DNA of 64,000 bases from a virus: positions 32,001-96,000 of the IMG/VR virus record IMGVR_UViG_3300044712_000083. One strand, given 5' to 3'. This document shows, piece after piece, positions 1 to 8,876 of the stretch (positions within the stretch are counted from its first letter, which is position 1; each line of letters starts with the position of its first letter). The notes below the pieces were generated by a model, which saw only the letters and a list, made by a program, of their open reading frames with translations, was not told the DNA's origin and made no database searches. The position numbers were made by a program, and so were the translations under genes.

Positions 1-65
1 ATGATTTCATTAGGAATAATCCAGATAAGATTAATCAAGAGTACAAAGAACGTTACTTTCAATAA
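1..65 (+). CDS. 3' end of a truncated, convergently transcribed gene (...DFIRNNPDKINQEYKERYFQ*)
   Basis: Open frame from 3 to TAA at 63-65, ending directly at the bidirectional terminator; start lies outside the window. Confidence 0.55.
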   Translation, partial: DFIRNNPDKINQEYKERYFQ

Positions 66-68
66 AAG

Positions 69-96
69 AAAAAGGGAGCCAAATGGTTCCCTTTTT
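69..96. terminator. Bidirectional intrinsic terminator
   Basis: AAAAAGGGAGCC-AAAT-GGTTCCCTTTTT hairpin with A and T tracts on both sides, between convergent genes. Confidence 0.85.
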
Positions 97-131
97 ACTT
101 ACCAAAACACACAAAAATGAAAAACAAAAAT

Positions 132-287
132 CTATTTAGATAGTCTTTTCTGCTTCATAGGAAGCATAGGACTCTTTAATCTTTTAGGAGTGTCTGCTTC
201 TCTCATGAAGTTATTCTTAGGAGAAGGATTAGGTACTTTAGGTGCCTTACGTGGTTTACCTGATTTCTTAGCGTTACCTGATGTCAT
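132..287 (-). CDS. Small Lys/Pro-rich protein, 51 aa (MTSGNAKKSGKPRKAPKVPNPSPK...), not in ORF track
   Basis: Hand translation: ATG at 287, TAG at 132-134; starts 1 nt after the upstream stop; composition matches the neighbouring basic proteins. Confidence 0.75.
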   Translation of the reverse strand: MTSGNAKKSGKPRKAPKVPNPSPKNNFMREADTPKRLKSPMLPMKQKRLSK

Positions 288-288
288 A

Positions 289-978
289 TTATCTATTGTT
301 TAAAATAAAGTTAAGCACTTCTGGTGATATAAACCAACTATCGTGCATTGATATTTCAGGAATTACATGGATGTATCCTTTGCTCTTTAATAAATCAATC
401 ACTGGTTGTTTAGTGTGAGTATCATTATGTTCTATTGTCAATACATTAAACTTACGAGAGAAATCATAAGCTTCTAAAATCAATTGCTCTGTCCCCTCAG
501 TGTCAATAGATAAATAATCTATAATAGCGGGACAATTGTGTTTATCTAACAGATCATTAAGTGAAATAGTTTTAACTGTATAAGTTTCACCATGTGTTTT
601 TCTATGATCACTCCAGTAATCTCCAACAGAATGCTCAGTTATTCCTGATATACATGGCATGTTGGCAACTTGTGTAAATTCTATTTCATCTCCTGTTATA
701 TCAGATACACATAATGTATCAATTGTAGATGTTCTTATTCGTTTGAGATGCTTATTATAATACTCAAGAGGCTCAACTAATAAACCATTCCAATTATAAT
801 ATGTTTCAAGAAGAAATGTATTACTTAACATCACTCCATCACAAGCTCCAAATTCTAAGAAGTATTTAGGAGATTCTCCCAAACAAAACAAAGCAAAAAC
901 ATCTTGTTTCAATTGAGAATATGATTCATAGTTTTTACTAAATGCTAAAAACTTATCACCAATTACCTTATCAATCAT
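289..978 (-). CDS. FkbM-family SAM-dependent methyltransferase
   Basis: FLEFGACDGVMLSNT, GLLVEP, DYLSIDTEGTE and LTIEHN motifs typical of FkbM/Methyltransf_21. Confidence 0.85.
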   Translation of the reverse strand: MIDKVIGDKFLAFSKNYESYSQLKQDVFALFCLGESPKYFLEFGACDGVMLSNTFLLETYYNWNGLLVEPLEYYNKHLKRIRTSTIDTLCVSDITGDEIEFTQVANMPCISGITEHSVGDYWSDHRKTHGETYTVKTISLNDLLDKHNCPAIIDYLSIDTEGTEQLILEAYDFSRKFNVLTIEHNDTHTKQPVIDLLKSKGYIHVIPEISMHDSWFISPEVLNFILNNR

Positions 979-2225
979 ATCTTTTTGGTATTATCTGTAG
1001 TCCAAACTCTACTAAGTAGATGATTAGTGAAACAGTTGTTCATTTTCTCTAGCAACATTAGTAAAAGCTGTTTATTAGGTTGAATGTTAAAATACTTTAA
1101 CAAATCAATGGCAACTTCTATTGCCTCTTGTTGAACTTTTACAATCTGTAAATCGTGTTCACAAGATAATCTTTTTATTCCTGAATCATCCCAGCTACTT
1201 ATAGCACCTACATCCAATAGATTTAGTTTCTCACAAGCATCTGTTTTAACATTCAGCCATTCTTCAAAACCAGATGCATTTCTAGCAATAGAACTATAGT
1301 TCATCGATACTGGTCCAGTTAGATAGATCATTCCAGGAGTTGGTAAGTTTGTTCTTATTAAGAATGATTCTAAAGACTTACCACTTCCTTGAACATCAAC
1401 TATTGTTCTGCAACCATCTATGATTTGTTCTTGAAAGTATTTTACAAATGCATCGCTTGCATCTGCATAACATTGTCTAGATGTTTGATACTCTATAGCA
1501 TCTCCTCCAACAACAGCTTTATATATAGTTAGCCAGTTTGCAGAAGTTCTATATGTAAAAGCAAGAGGTTCATCAGGAAGTTCCAACGATGCTAGTGCTA
1601 AAGTTGGAATGTTTAAACCAGCTTGATCATTCCAAATTAGTTTATTAGAATCTCTATAAGGACAACTAAGTCTAGTCATTCTCATCCAACAAGCTAGTTC
1701 TACATCTAGTTTAGATGTTTCTAATTCTACATCATTGAATGCGTGATCTGTATAAAACTCAACATTAATTCCCTTTTCTCTAGGAACTAACACATCTGAT
1801 CTAAGATTATCACCTACATGTAAGTCAGGACGTTCTATCTTATCCCAAATCCAACCATCCCATTTACCTCCCCAAGTTACATAAACTTTAACATCTTTAG
1901 TTAAACCACAAGATCTAAGTAAATCTGTTACTTGTTCTACAGAAAGATACATATCAGATACAATGATGTCTCCATCATTGACTCTATTCATGTTTTCTAC
2001 TATAGGAAATAGATGTTCTTTCTCAATCTGTAGTTCAATGTTCTTATCAATCCCTGGAAGACGATTGTAAATATCATCATATGTACCATTGGATTGTTTT
2101 TCTGCCTCTATTCTAAGCTCTGTAAAGTCTGAAATACCTAATTGTTTTCCTACTTCATTGAATACACTGTGAGGATGTACATATCTTCTAGCAATTAATG
2201 TATCAAAACAATCCCAAGATGTCAT
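975..2225 (-). CDS. HAD-superfamily hydrolase of the type found in polysaccharide loci
   Basis: N-terminal SWDCFDTL, IVSDMY, GGKW and LHVGDN..SDV motifs; ATGA overlaps with both neighbours. Confidence 0.75.
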   Translation of the reverse strand: MTSWDCFDTLIARRYVHPHSVFNEVGKQLGISDFTELRIEAEKQSNGTYDDIYNRLPGIDKNIELQIEKEHLFPIVENMNRVNDGDIIVSDMYLSVEQVTDLLRSCGLTKDVKVYVTWGGKWDGWIWDKIERPDLHVGDNLRSDVLVPREKGINVEFYTDHAFNDVELETSKLDVELACWMRMTRLSCPYRDSNKLIWNDQAGLNIPTLALASLELPDEPLAFTYRTSANWLTIYKAVVGGDAIEYQTSRQCYADASDAFVKYFQEQIIDGCRTIVDVQGSGKSLESFLIRTNLPTPGMIYLTGPVSMNYSSIARNASGFEEWLNVKTDACEKLNLLDVGAISSWDDSGIKRLSCEHDLQIVKVQQEAIEVAIDLLKYFNIQPNKQLLLMLLEKMNNCFTNHLLSRVWTTDNTKKI

Positions 2226-2857
2226 AATAGTTTTTTAATTATATCATTTAGATACATGTTATCCTCATGATTTGAATAATCGCCACCTTCATCCTGCGTA
2301 ACTGTTGTAAGATTTACAAACATTAGGTTTCTACCATTAATTAATCTATGTGATCGATAACCTGTTACGTAATGATGTACTGCAATTATTTTAAAATTGG
2401 TTGTATGTTTTTCAAAAAACTGAGATAACAATAAAGCATCCTTAATAGATGCAGTTATATCAGAGTCTTTATTTGGGTAGATTATTAAAAATGTTTTTTG
2501 TTCATCAGAAGAAAGTAGATCTCTGAATCTTTCTACACATCTTTTATAATAATTATAGGCATCATCATCCATCATTGGATCACGATGCCTAAATATTATA
2601 TGCTTTTCAGGCTTTGGATTATCCTGTAATAACGGAGCATAGAAATCATGTTGACAACACTCGTGGTCATCCCAATGATTATCTATTTTACAATATTGTT
2701 CTCTATTAAGAAAGGTTTTAAAGTCATCCTCTATACAATGTTTGATCATTTCAGATCTACTATTCATCCAATCAAAGGGAAAAGATTCAACTTTTAGTCC
2801 TTGATATTTAAATATTGCAGCAGAATGGCAACCTTGTCCTAAAGAACAATACCTCAT
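2222..2857 (-). CDS. DUF1796-like putative papain-fold protein
   Basis: SLGQGC, PFDW, FRH and YYKRCVERF motifs resemble DUF1796. Confidence 0.7.
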   Translation of the reverse strand: MRYCSLGQGCHSAAIFKYQGLKVESFPFDWMNSRSEMIKHCIEDDFKTFLNREQYCKIDNHWDDHECCQHDFYAPLLQDNPKPEKHIIFRHRDPMMDDDAYNYYKRCVERFRDLLSSDEQKTFLIIYPNKDSDITASIKDALLLSQFFEKHTTNFKIIAVHHYVTGYRSHRLINGRNLMFVNLTTVTQDEGGDYSNHEDNMYLNDIIKKLL

Positions 2858-3078
2858 TAGTTACAACCGTACTTACATTTCCCCATTTTAGCACCATTCT
2901 TAGCCATCTTAGTAGCACCTAGTTGCTTATCTTTTGTAAGAGAAGCTTTGCCTTTAGAACCAGCTAATGCATTCTTTTGTACTTTAGTGTACGCACCTTT
3001 AGGATCTACAGGTCCAACACGTTTTGTAGAGGCTGTCATTCCTTTAAGACTACCTCCTGATTTCTTTGCTGTTGCCAT
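2857..3078 (-). CDS. Small Lys-rich protein, possible internal virion protein
   Basis: 73 aa, basic, contains MAKNG motif; translationally coupled to the downstream gene. Confidence 0.75.
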   Translation of the reverse strand: MATAKKSGGSLKGMTASTKRVGPVDPKGAYTKVQKNALAGSKGKASLTKDKQLGATKMAKNGAKMGKCKYGCN

Positions 3079-3084
3079 GATTAT

Positions 3085-3459
3085 TTATTTTTTAACTTTA
3101 CCACCATTCTTTTGGAAACCCATCTTGTTTCTTACAGGTGTAGGAAGTTTCTTTAAACCTGGTTTACCAGCAGGAACAGGCTTTAAAGAAGCACCATTTG
3201 CAGCTTTCTTAATCATTCCACCTTTTTTCATTGGTGATTTTTTAACTGCAACTTTGCTAACATTATCTCTTTTAGCATCTCTTGCTTTTTGTTCTTTTTC
3301 CATTTGAATAGTGGTTTCATAATTATCTCCACCACCTGGTGTACGAGGAAAACGTTTTTCATAAGACTCTGGATAAAAGTCTGCAGGAGTTTGGTAACGT
3401 TTAGCAGGTTTACTTTTAACTACAGTACCTGTTTGAGCTTTTTTAATTGCTTTTGCCAT
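3085..3459 (-). CDS. Lys-rich protein with repeated KKAQxG / KKGG / KNGG motifs
   Basis: 124 aa: KKAQTG, MKKGGMIKKAANG, FQKNGGKVKK. Confidence 0.8.
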   Translation of the reverse strand: MAKAIKKAQTGTVVKSKPAKRYQTPADFYPESYEKRFPRTPGGGDNYETTIQMEKEQKARDAKRDNVSKVAVKKSPMKKGGMIKKAANGASLKPVPAGKPGLKKLPTPVRNKMGFQKNGGKVKK

Positions 3460-3463
3460 TGTA

Positions 3464-3604
3464 TTATTTCTTTTTAGATTGAGCTTTAATTTTCTTTTCC
3501 TGCTTTAACATAGCAGCTGTAGGTTTCTTACCAGATCCCTTATTAGCACGGATGTTATCCCATAGTCCTCTACGAGATGTTGATCCGTCCTTACGTTTTA
3601 ACAT
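3464..3604 (-). CDS. Small basic protein, 46 aa (MLKRKDGSTSRRGLWDNIRANKGSGKKP...), not in ORF track
   Basis: Hand translation: ATG at 3604, TAA at 3464-3466; fills the gap between two genes. Confidence 0.75.
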   Translation of the reverse strand: MLKRKDGSTSRRGLWDNIRANKGSGKKPTAAMLKQEKKIKAQSKKK

Positions 3605-3852
3605 TTCCATTTGCGTAAAGATTTATTGATACGAGAATTAGGATCGTTAGCTGTCTTAGCAGACGTTAGTTTCTTTTTCATACCTGACATCCTAGCACAG
3701 AATGATTTCTTGCGAGGACCACCTTCAGGTTGTGGAGCTTTTAAACCAGGCTTACCTGGATTAGCTTTATTGTAGGATGCTCTACCTTTTGCGTTGAGGC
3801 CACCAGAAGGATTCTTACCTTCTTTTCTTTGCCATGCTGGACTTTTTGCCAT
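3598..3852 (-). CDS. Basic phage protein, DUF6321-like
   Basis: WQRKEGKNPSGGLNAKGRASYN...RKKSFCARM...SLRKWKC; the likely true start is MAKSPAW at 3852 rather than 3894. Confidence 0.75.
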   Translation of the reverse strand: MAKSPAWQRKEGKNPSGGLNAKGRASYNKANPGKPGLKAPQPEGGPRKKSFCARMSGMKKKLTSAKTANDPNSRINKSLRKWKC

Positions 3853-4150
3853 AGTTAGGATTTTCTCTGTGCCACTTCTTGACTGAAGCAACACCTTGTT
3901 TAACAGTTTTAGCTTTAGCTTTGTTAGTGAGATTGATTTTATCCCACTTACCTGCAGGAATACCAGCTGTATGATCTACAACTATATCTCCTTTATCACC
4001 TATCCCTCTATCGGTGGTCTTTTTAAATACTTTATGTGTTTGTCCGCCAACTTTAACAATAGCTTTACCACCGTTCTTTAGTGTAGAACCTTTAAACTGT
4101 CCTTTCTTTTTAATTAAAGGACCATCAGGAACGGGTGTAAACTTTTTCAT
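3815..4150 (-). CDS. Lys-rich hypothetical protein
   Basis: 111 aa, contains LKNGG motif; TAATG coupling at 4150. Confidence 0.7.
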   Translation of the reverse strand: MKKFTPVPDGPLIKKKGQFKGSTLKNGGKAIVKVGGQTHKVFKKTTDRGIGDKGDIVVDHTAGIPAGKWDKINLTNKAKAKTVKQGVASVKKWHRENPNYGKKSSMAKKRR

Positions 4151-4308
4151 TATTTACCAGCTTTACGAGCTCTGCCCATTGCTTTAAATGTCTTAGCTAA
4201 AGCTTTACGTTTTGGTGTACACGTAGCTTTAGTCATAGGAGTGCAGTATCCTTTATGTTTAGGATTGACTGCTCCTTGAATCCAGTTCTTCTTTGATGCT
4301 TTTGCCAT
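4150..4308 (-). CDS. Small basic protein, 52 aa (MAKASKKNWIQGAVNPKHKG...ALAKTFKAM), not in ORF track
   Basis: Hand translation: ATG at 4308, TAA at 4150-4152 overlapping the next ATG. Confidence 0.75.
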   Translation of the reverse strand: MAKASKKNWIQGAVNPKHKGYCTPMTKATCTPKRKALAKTFKAMGRARKAGK

Positions 4309-4495
4309 ACCTATGATAGGTTAAATTGGGTTTTACTATAATATCTTTATGAGTAAATTGCCAGAGCTCCCCAGTGGCATTGATGATTATCGTATAGATA
4401 GTGTCAGTCTCATGACCATAATCTAAAACCAACCAAACGATTCCATCACCTTTAGGTGTAGTGACTTCTAATCGATTGGCTGGTTCATAGATCAT
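4259..4495 (-). CDS. Hypothetical protein
   Basis: 78-aa ORF (VTTPKGDG...TGELW); its 3' end overlaps the next gene by 50 nt. Confidence 0.65.
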   Translation of the reverse strand: MIYEPANRLEVTTPKGDGIVWLVLDYGHETDTIYTIIINATGELWQFTHKDIIVKPNLTYHRYGKSIKEELDSRSSQS

Positions 4496-4542
4496 ATAGT
4501 TTGTTTTTAAAGTGCAGTTCTATGTCTGAGCATAGTTGGGCA

Positions 4543-4800
4543 CTATTGTTCTGGAACTTCTACAACAGAACCGTTTTCAACAGCTTCTGCTAATGTAGCT
4601 TCCATGATTTGACTAGCTTTTTCAGCTAATAAGATACGTTGTGCTTCTTCTGTAGACAAAATTGCACGTAATGAGTTTAAAAGAATACCAAAATCATTTC
4701 CTGATAATACAAATTCTGAGTCAATTGCCCAAGTGTATTTCTTATTTGGATCAAATGTTGGTGTTTCTTGAACTTCTGGTTCGTCTTTTACAATCTCCAT
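4543..4800 (-). CDS. Hypothetical acidic protein
   Basis: 85-aa ORF, in operon order, preceded by a candidate promoter. Confidence 0.7.
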   Translation of the reverse strand: MEIVKDEPEVQETPTFDPNKKYTWAIDSEFVLSGNDFGILLNSLRAILSTEEAQRILLAEKASQIMEATLAEAVENGSVVEVPEQ

Positions 4801-4824
4801 GTTTGTTATTTATTTTGGTTTGTG

Positions 4825-4855
4825 TAAAAGTAAATGGAATATTTTAGAATTGCAA
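4825..4855 (-). promoter_or_regulatory. Possible Bacteroidota-type promoter (variant)
   Basis: Minus strand TTG-N20-TACTTTTA, one mismatch to TAnnTTTG. Confidence 0.35.
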
Positions 4856-4857
4856 GA

Positions 4858-6216
4858 TTATTTAAAAACTTTTCTTTCATGCCACAACTGACCATAATGA
4901 GGCATGTTTCTATTATGGTATATAATACTAAAGTGATTATTTAATTTTTTTACAATCAGGGGTTTTTTACGTTTATCAACAATAAACATACCCATCATCT
5001 CAATATTATCCAATGTTTTAGTTTTACCAGATACACCGATGTAGATAGGAGATTTAGGATTATTATAAACAACCTCACAAAATGCACGTCCTAAAACACG
5101 AGGACCTGTTACATCTAATGTATTGAATCCATATAACTTATTATCAATATTATGTTTAGAAAGTTCTATAGCTCGTTTTACAATAACGTCTCCTGCTTTA
5201 CTACACATAAATGCATTATATAAAGCATTAGGAGCTTCAGGTGTATCCACTGCAAACACCCTATCCATGTCTTCAATAATCTCATCAAATGGTACTAATA
5301 TTACTTGAGAGAAATCATTGTAACATCCTCCATGTCTATGTAGAATCAAGTATCTCCAGAAATCAGCTTTGTATGCTGTAGGAACAAGACTATTATAAGT
5401 TGCTAAATATTCTTCACCATAGTAATCTCTGATGTAATTTTCACAATCTGCATCAGAGAAATAGAACAACTGATATCCAGGATTTTTTTCCATCATATCA
5501 TAATAGATGAGCTTCATCACATTAGGAAGAGCATCTTCAGACATAGGACCTGTTCTAAATATCCATTTAGGAATACCATCCTCTCTCCACTCTTTGCCTT
5601 TGAAATCTTGATATGTTCTTATAGGATTATACCATTGATTAGGTTTGTAGTATTGATTCATGTTAGTAAACTTTGGATAGATTCCATTGTTCTCTAATAT
5701 GTTAGCAACCATTACATCTTCTAATGGATACTGTTTACCATCTGCTTGAGCTATACATTCTATAGCTTTTCTAGAAACAATATAACTTAGTCCACCCTCA
5801 CACCAGTCAGAGATTTCACCTTCATAAGGTTTGTCATTCCAATAATGACCTTCACATCTTCCTATATGGTGATTACGATTAATCATGTGCTTACCAGCAA
5901 TCATTCCCATATAGTCTGTGAGTTCGAAATCAATCTCTTTAATAAGAGTCATATCCTCATCCAATTTATGGAAGTGAGTATATGAATCAAATACAGAGTT
6001 CTCACTGATAAACTTAAACATAGATGCTACCTTATCAGGAAGTCCGCAATAAGAGTCATCACAATTTAGTTTAATTACATCACCCTCATAAGAGTTATCT
6101 TCATATCCACCAACTACAACAACATAGTCAGTAAATGAGCTACTAACTTTATCTAGTGTAGCTTGTAGATTATCTTGGTGTGTGATAAATACTTTTAATA
6201 TCTTGTTGGTTTGCAT
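4858..6216 (-). CDS. Two-domain glycosyltransferase: GT31-like N-terminal domain plus GT32 (Och1/DXD)-like C-terminal domain
   Basis: N-terminal: DSYCGLPDK, KLDED, GGLSYIVSRKA, EDVMV. C-terminal: IPKWI, YFSDAD, ADFWRYLILHRHGGCYND, TGPRVL. Confidence 0.8.
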   Translation of the reverse strand: MQTNKILKVFITHQDNLQATLDKVSSSFTDYVVVVGGYEDNSYEGDVIKLNCDDSYCGLPDKVASMFKFISENSVFDSYTHFHKLDEDMTLIKEIDFELTDYMGMIAGKHMINRNHHIGRCEGHYWNDKPYEGEISDWCEGGLSYIVSRKAIECIAQADGKQYPLEDVMVANILENNGIYPKFTNMNQYYKPNQWYNPIRTYQDFKGKEWREDGIPKWIFRTGPMSEDALPNVMKLIYYDMMEKNPGYQLFYFSDADCENYIRDYYGEEYLATYNSLVPTAYKADFWRYLILHRHGGCYNDFSQVILVPFDEIIEDMDRVFAVDTPEAPNALYNAFMCSKAGDVIVKRAIELSKHNIDNKLYGFNTLDVTGPRVLGRAFCEVVYNNPKSPIYIGVSGKTKTLDNIEMMGMFIVDKRKKPLIVKKLNNHFSIIYHNRNMPHYGQLWHERKVFK

Positions 6217-6221
6217 ATAGT

Positions 6222-6503
6222 TTATAATGTTATCTCAAAAGAAATAACAGCATTGGTTTTAATACTCTTACTCATGTTCAACTTAATCTGAAACTGATTA
6301 TGAAACTTAAACAGCTCCTCTATCAAAGCATTTGTATACTTTGGTAGAGAAGGTGCAAGTCTAAACGTATAAGATTTAGGATGTTTAGTTATTTCCATAG
6401 TTGATAACTCATCTACAGAATCGATAACACCTTCTAGATGTGCAAAGTATAGCTCATCATTATGGGGCATTATCTTTGGAAAAAACTTTTTACTAATTTG
6501 CAT
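6222..6503 (-). CDS. Hypothetical protein
   Basis: 93-aa ORF coupled to the ferritin-like gene. Confidence 0.7.
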   Translation of the reverse strand: MQISKKFFPKIMPHNDELYFAHLEGVIDSVDELSTMEITKHPKSYTFRLAPSLPKYTNALIEELFKFHNQFQIKLNMSKSIKTNAVISFEITL

Positions 6504-6925
6504 TAGCTCAATGTTAGTAGGTATTTAGTTGTAGCTGCTTTTCCAGACAAGCTTTGAGCAACATTTTCAATGTCAGGCATATTGTTTGTAGCTCCGTAGT
6601 TCTGCAGTTGCTTAGCAAACGCCATTAACTCAGACACCACTTGCTCAGATACACCTGGAGCATAATCTTTCAATTGTCCTGGATTACCAATCTTAGCACG
6701 AGTACCTGAGTAGCCCATGATCTTCTCAATAATCTCATCTTTGAAATCAAAGACAGCATCGTACAATCCACCTAAAGCCTGGTGCTCTGCATAAGAACGT
6801 GTGGCCCAGTGCAAGTTATGTAGTTGTAGTTCAAAGTATGTTAGCTTTGTAGCAATAACATCAGGAGAAAGATCTCCTGACGCACTGCTTAGCATTTCTT
6901 GTGGGAATAATGATTTTAATGCCAT
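6503..6925 (-). CDS. Ferritin/Dps-like four-helix bundle protein (DUF5856-like)
   Basis: LHNLHW, YAEHQALGGLYD, DEIIE and terminal KYLLTL motifs. Confidence 0.8.
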   Translation of the reverse strand: MALKSLFPQEMLSSASGDLSPDVIATKLTYFELQLHNLHWATRSYAEHQALGGLYDAVFDFKDEIIEKIMGYSGTRAKIGNPGQLKDYAPGVSEQVVSELMAFAKQLQNYGATNNMPDIENVAQSLSGKAATTKYLLTLS

Positions 6926-6937
6926 GTTGTTTAAATA

Positions 6938-7402
6938 TTAGAAGCACTGAGTACAGCTGTAAATGTATGTAGCAGTTCCTCCAGTTGTATTCCAGTAGCA
7001 GTTAGAGTACTGCGGAGATTCCGAAAACAAAAGAGAAAAACCATAGACATTTATATTAAATGGAATAGTTAATGCAGCATCTTCCCAAAGAGTTGTCCAA
7101 TCTGCAAGAGTGCTACTTTGTGTATATCCAATAGAAGTCTGTGGGTTAATGTTATTACATGCATCTGAACTATTTGCATAACTTGTTATTACCCATGCTG
7201 TAGGTTGATTTCCACCACCACCACTGTGACTAGTTGATGTAGTTGTTGTACTAGGATTAGATCCTCTATAGTACATAGGAATTTCTCTCCAGTTACCATT
7301 CTTTGGTTTGGAGGTTCTAAACACAGGTGATCCTGATACTACACGACCTGTACCGTCAGTTTGCACATATGCTTTTAATTTTGGTGTTATATTATTTGCC
7401 AT
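6938..7402 (-). CDS. Putative virion accessory protein: MANN-type N-domain, Thr/Ser/Gly linker, Cys-containing C-domain
   Basis: N-terminus paralogous to 7424..7825 (KLKAYVQTDGTGRVVSGS...WREIP). Confidence 0.75.
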   Translation of the reverse strand: MANNITPKLKAYVQTDGTGRVVSGSPVFRTSKPKNGNWREIPMYYRGSNPSTTTTSTSHSGGGGNQPTAWVITSYANSSDACNNINPQTSIGYTQSSTLADWTTLWEDAALTIPFNINVYGFSLLFSESPQYSNCYWNTTGGTATYIYSCTQCF

Positions 7403-7423
7403 TTTCTATATCTTATTTAATTA

Positions 7424-7825
7424 TTATACACAGTTATAAACACTTAATACACCACCAGCATTAACTAAATACTTGGTCATAAGATCAGAAATAACCAATC
7501 CTGTTGTAACAGGTGTAGTTAGTGCACTATCAGTAAATACACTAATTCCTGCAGCTAATGTTGACGAAGATGAATAGAATGTTATGTTAGCTGAAATTGT
7601 AGTATTACATGCATCAGTTACATTATCCCAGTAGCCTTTAGTAAATGATGTAGGGGCTGCTGTGGTAGTTGTTGATGTAGTATCATTACAACAGTTATAA
7701 GTAGGAATTTCAAACCAACGTCCAACACGTGGTCTGTTCTTTCTCAGAATCAGGCTGCCTGCAACAACCCTTCCGCTACCATCGTAGCGAACAAATGCTT
7801 TTAATTTCTTCTGATTATTAGCCAT
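7424..7825 (-). CDS. Putative virion accessory protein: MANN-type N-domain, Thr linker, Cys-containing C-domain
   Basis: KLKAFVRYDGSGRVVAGS...WFEIP, then TTSTTTT, DAC...FTD...C. Confidence 0.75.
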   Translation of the reverse strand: MANNQKKLKAFVRYDGSGRVVAGSLILRKNRPRVGRWFEIPTYNCCNDTTSTTTTAAPTSFTKGYWDNVTDACNTTISANITFYSSSSTLAAGISVFTDSALTTPVTTGLVISDLMTKYLVNAGGVLSVYNCV

Positions 7826-7830
7826 TTTGA

Positions 7831-8850
7831 TTAATAGTTTAAATTGTATTTTTCTTTAAGTTCTATAAGTTTAGATACGTAGAAATGAGTACCAAGTCTC
7901 TTGCTACGCTCATCAGTATATACTGTCATCATATGAGGATCTGTAAAAGGATCTGTTCCACCGTGGTATTTACCTTTATAGAATGTTGGAACATCACCCA
8001 TGTAATCACCAACCATTCCAGCATTATGAAATATACCTAACTTATCAACTTTTTCTATAGAATCAGAAGCCCAAGAGAATTCCATTTCAGGAATCACCTT
8101 TGTATCATCTCCTCTACGCCATAAGTTCCATAGAACTGCCCACATATCTGCACACCAACTTTGAAAACCTTTATCTTCACTTTCAAAGAATTCTCGATTA
8201 ATACTCATTAAATAAACTCTAATAGAAATACAATCTTCCATTACATGTTTCCAGAAGTCTGCATCAATATTCTTTAATAGATATTGAGCTCCTCCTGAAT
8301 CATCATTAGATTTTTCAGCAATGAAACGTGTAATACCACAAAGATTTGTTGTCTCTTCTAGAATATCACGTTGTTTGTATTCTTCTAGTTTATCAGGTAG
8401 AACATCTCTTTCTTTACTATCAAAGTAACGAGCGTTGATGTAGCTATTAGTATCTGATAAATAGTGTACATCATCATCTACATACTGATCAATGTTGAAC
8501 TTCTCTGTAAAGTATACATCACAATCACAATAGAACAATGCTTTTTCTTTCATCTCAGGATGATCCTGGAAGTAACGCATTAATGTGTATGGACGTAAGA
8601 CAGAAACGTAGATTCCTAACATCTCACTGATTGTATTATCTTCATCCTTATAGAAAGCAAACTCTGCTTCTGGATATAAGTCTACAATCTTTTGCCATTT
8701 GTCATTAGGCTCTCTGAAATGTGGAGTAAAGACTAGCACAATTGCTTTGTCTGAATGTCCTAGCTTTCTTAATGATTCTAGCCATAAATGCACTTGCCAT
8801 GTAAAATATACATCGTCTGGCTGTGCACAGATAAATTTAAGATCCCTCAT
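7831..8850 (-). CDS. GT-A fold glycosyltransferase resembling plant SERGT (GT96) / HPAT (GT95) protein O-glycosyltransferases
   Basis: Ordered motifs YFTWQ, LRP, DCD (DxD), GG and WCADMW parallel the YFDWQ, NKP, DAD, GG and WISEMY motifs I recall for SERGT. Confidence 0.65.
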   Translation of the reverse strand: MRDLKFICAQPDDVYFTWQVHLWLESLRKLGHSDKAIVLVFTPHFREPNDKWQKIVDLYPEAEFAFYKDEDNTISEMLGIYVSVLRPYTLMRYFQDHPEMKEKALFYCDCDVYFTEKFNIDQYVDDDVHYLSDTNSYINARYFDSKERDVLPDKLEEYKQRDILEETTNLCGITRFIAEKSNDDSGGAQYLLKNIDADFWKHVMEDCISIRVYLMSINREFFESEDKGFQSWCADMWAVLWNLWRRGDDTKVIPEMEFSWASDSIEKVDKLGIFHNAGMVGDYMGDVPTFYKGKYHGGTDPFTDPHMMTVYTDERSKRLGTHFYVSKLIELKEKYNLNY

Positions 8851-8876
8851 GTAGTTAGTTGTTTTATTTTTTAATT

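Noticed and set aside
4511-4544. Possible hairpin terminator after the 85-aa gene
   Set aside because: The stem is interrupted and the U-tract is short; not supportable.
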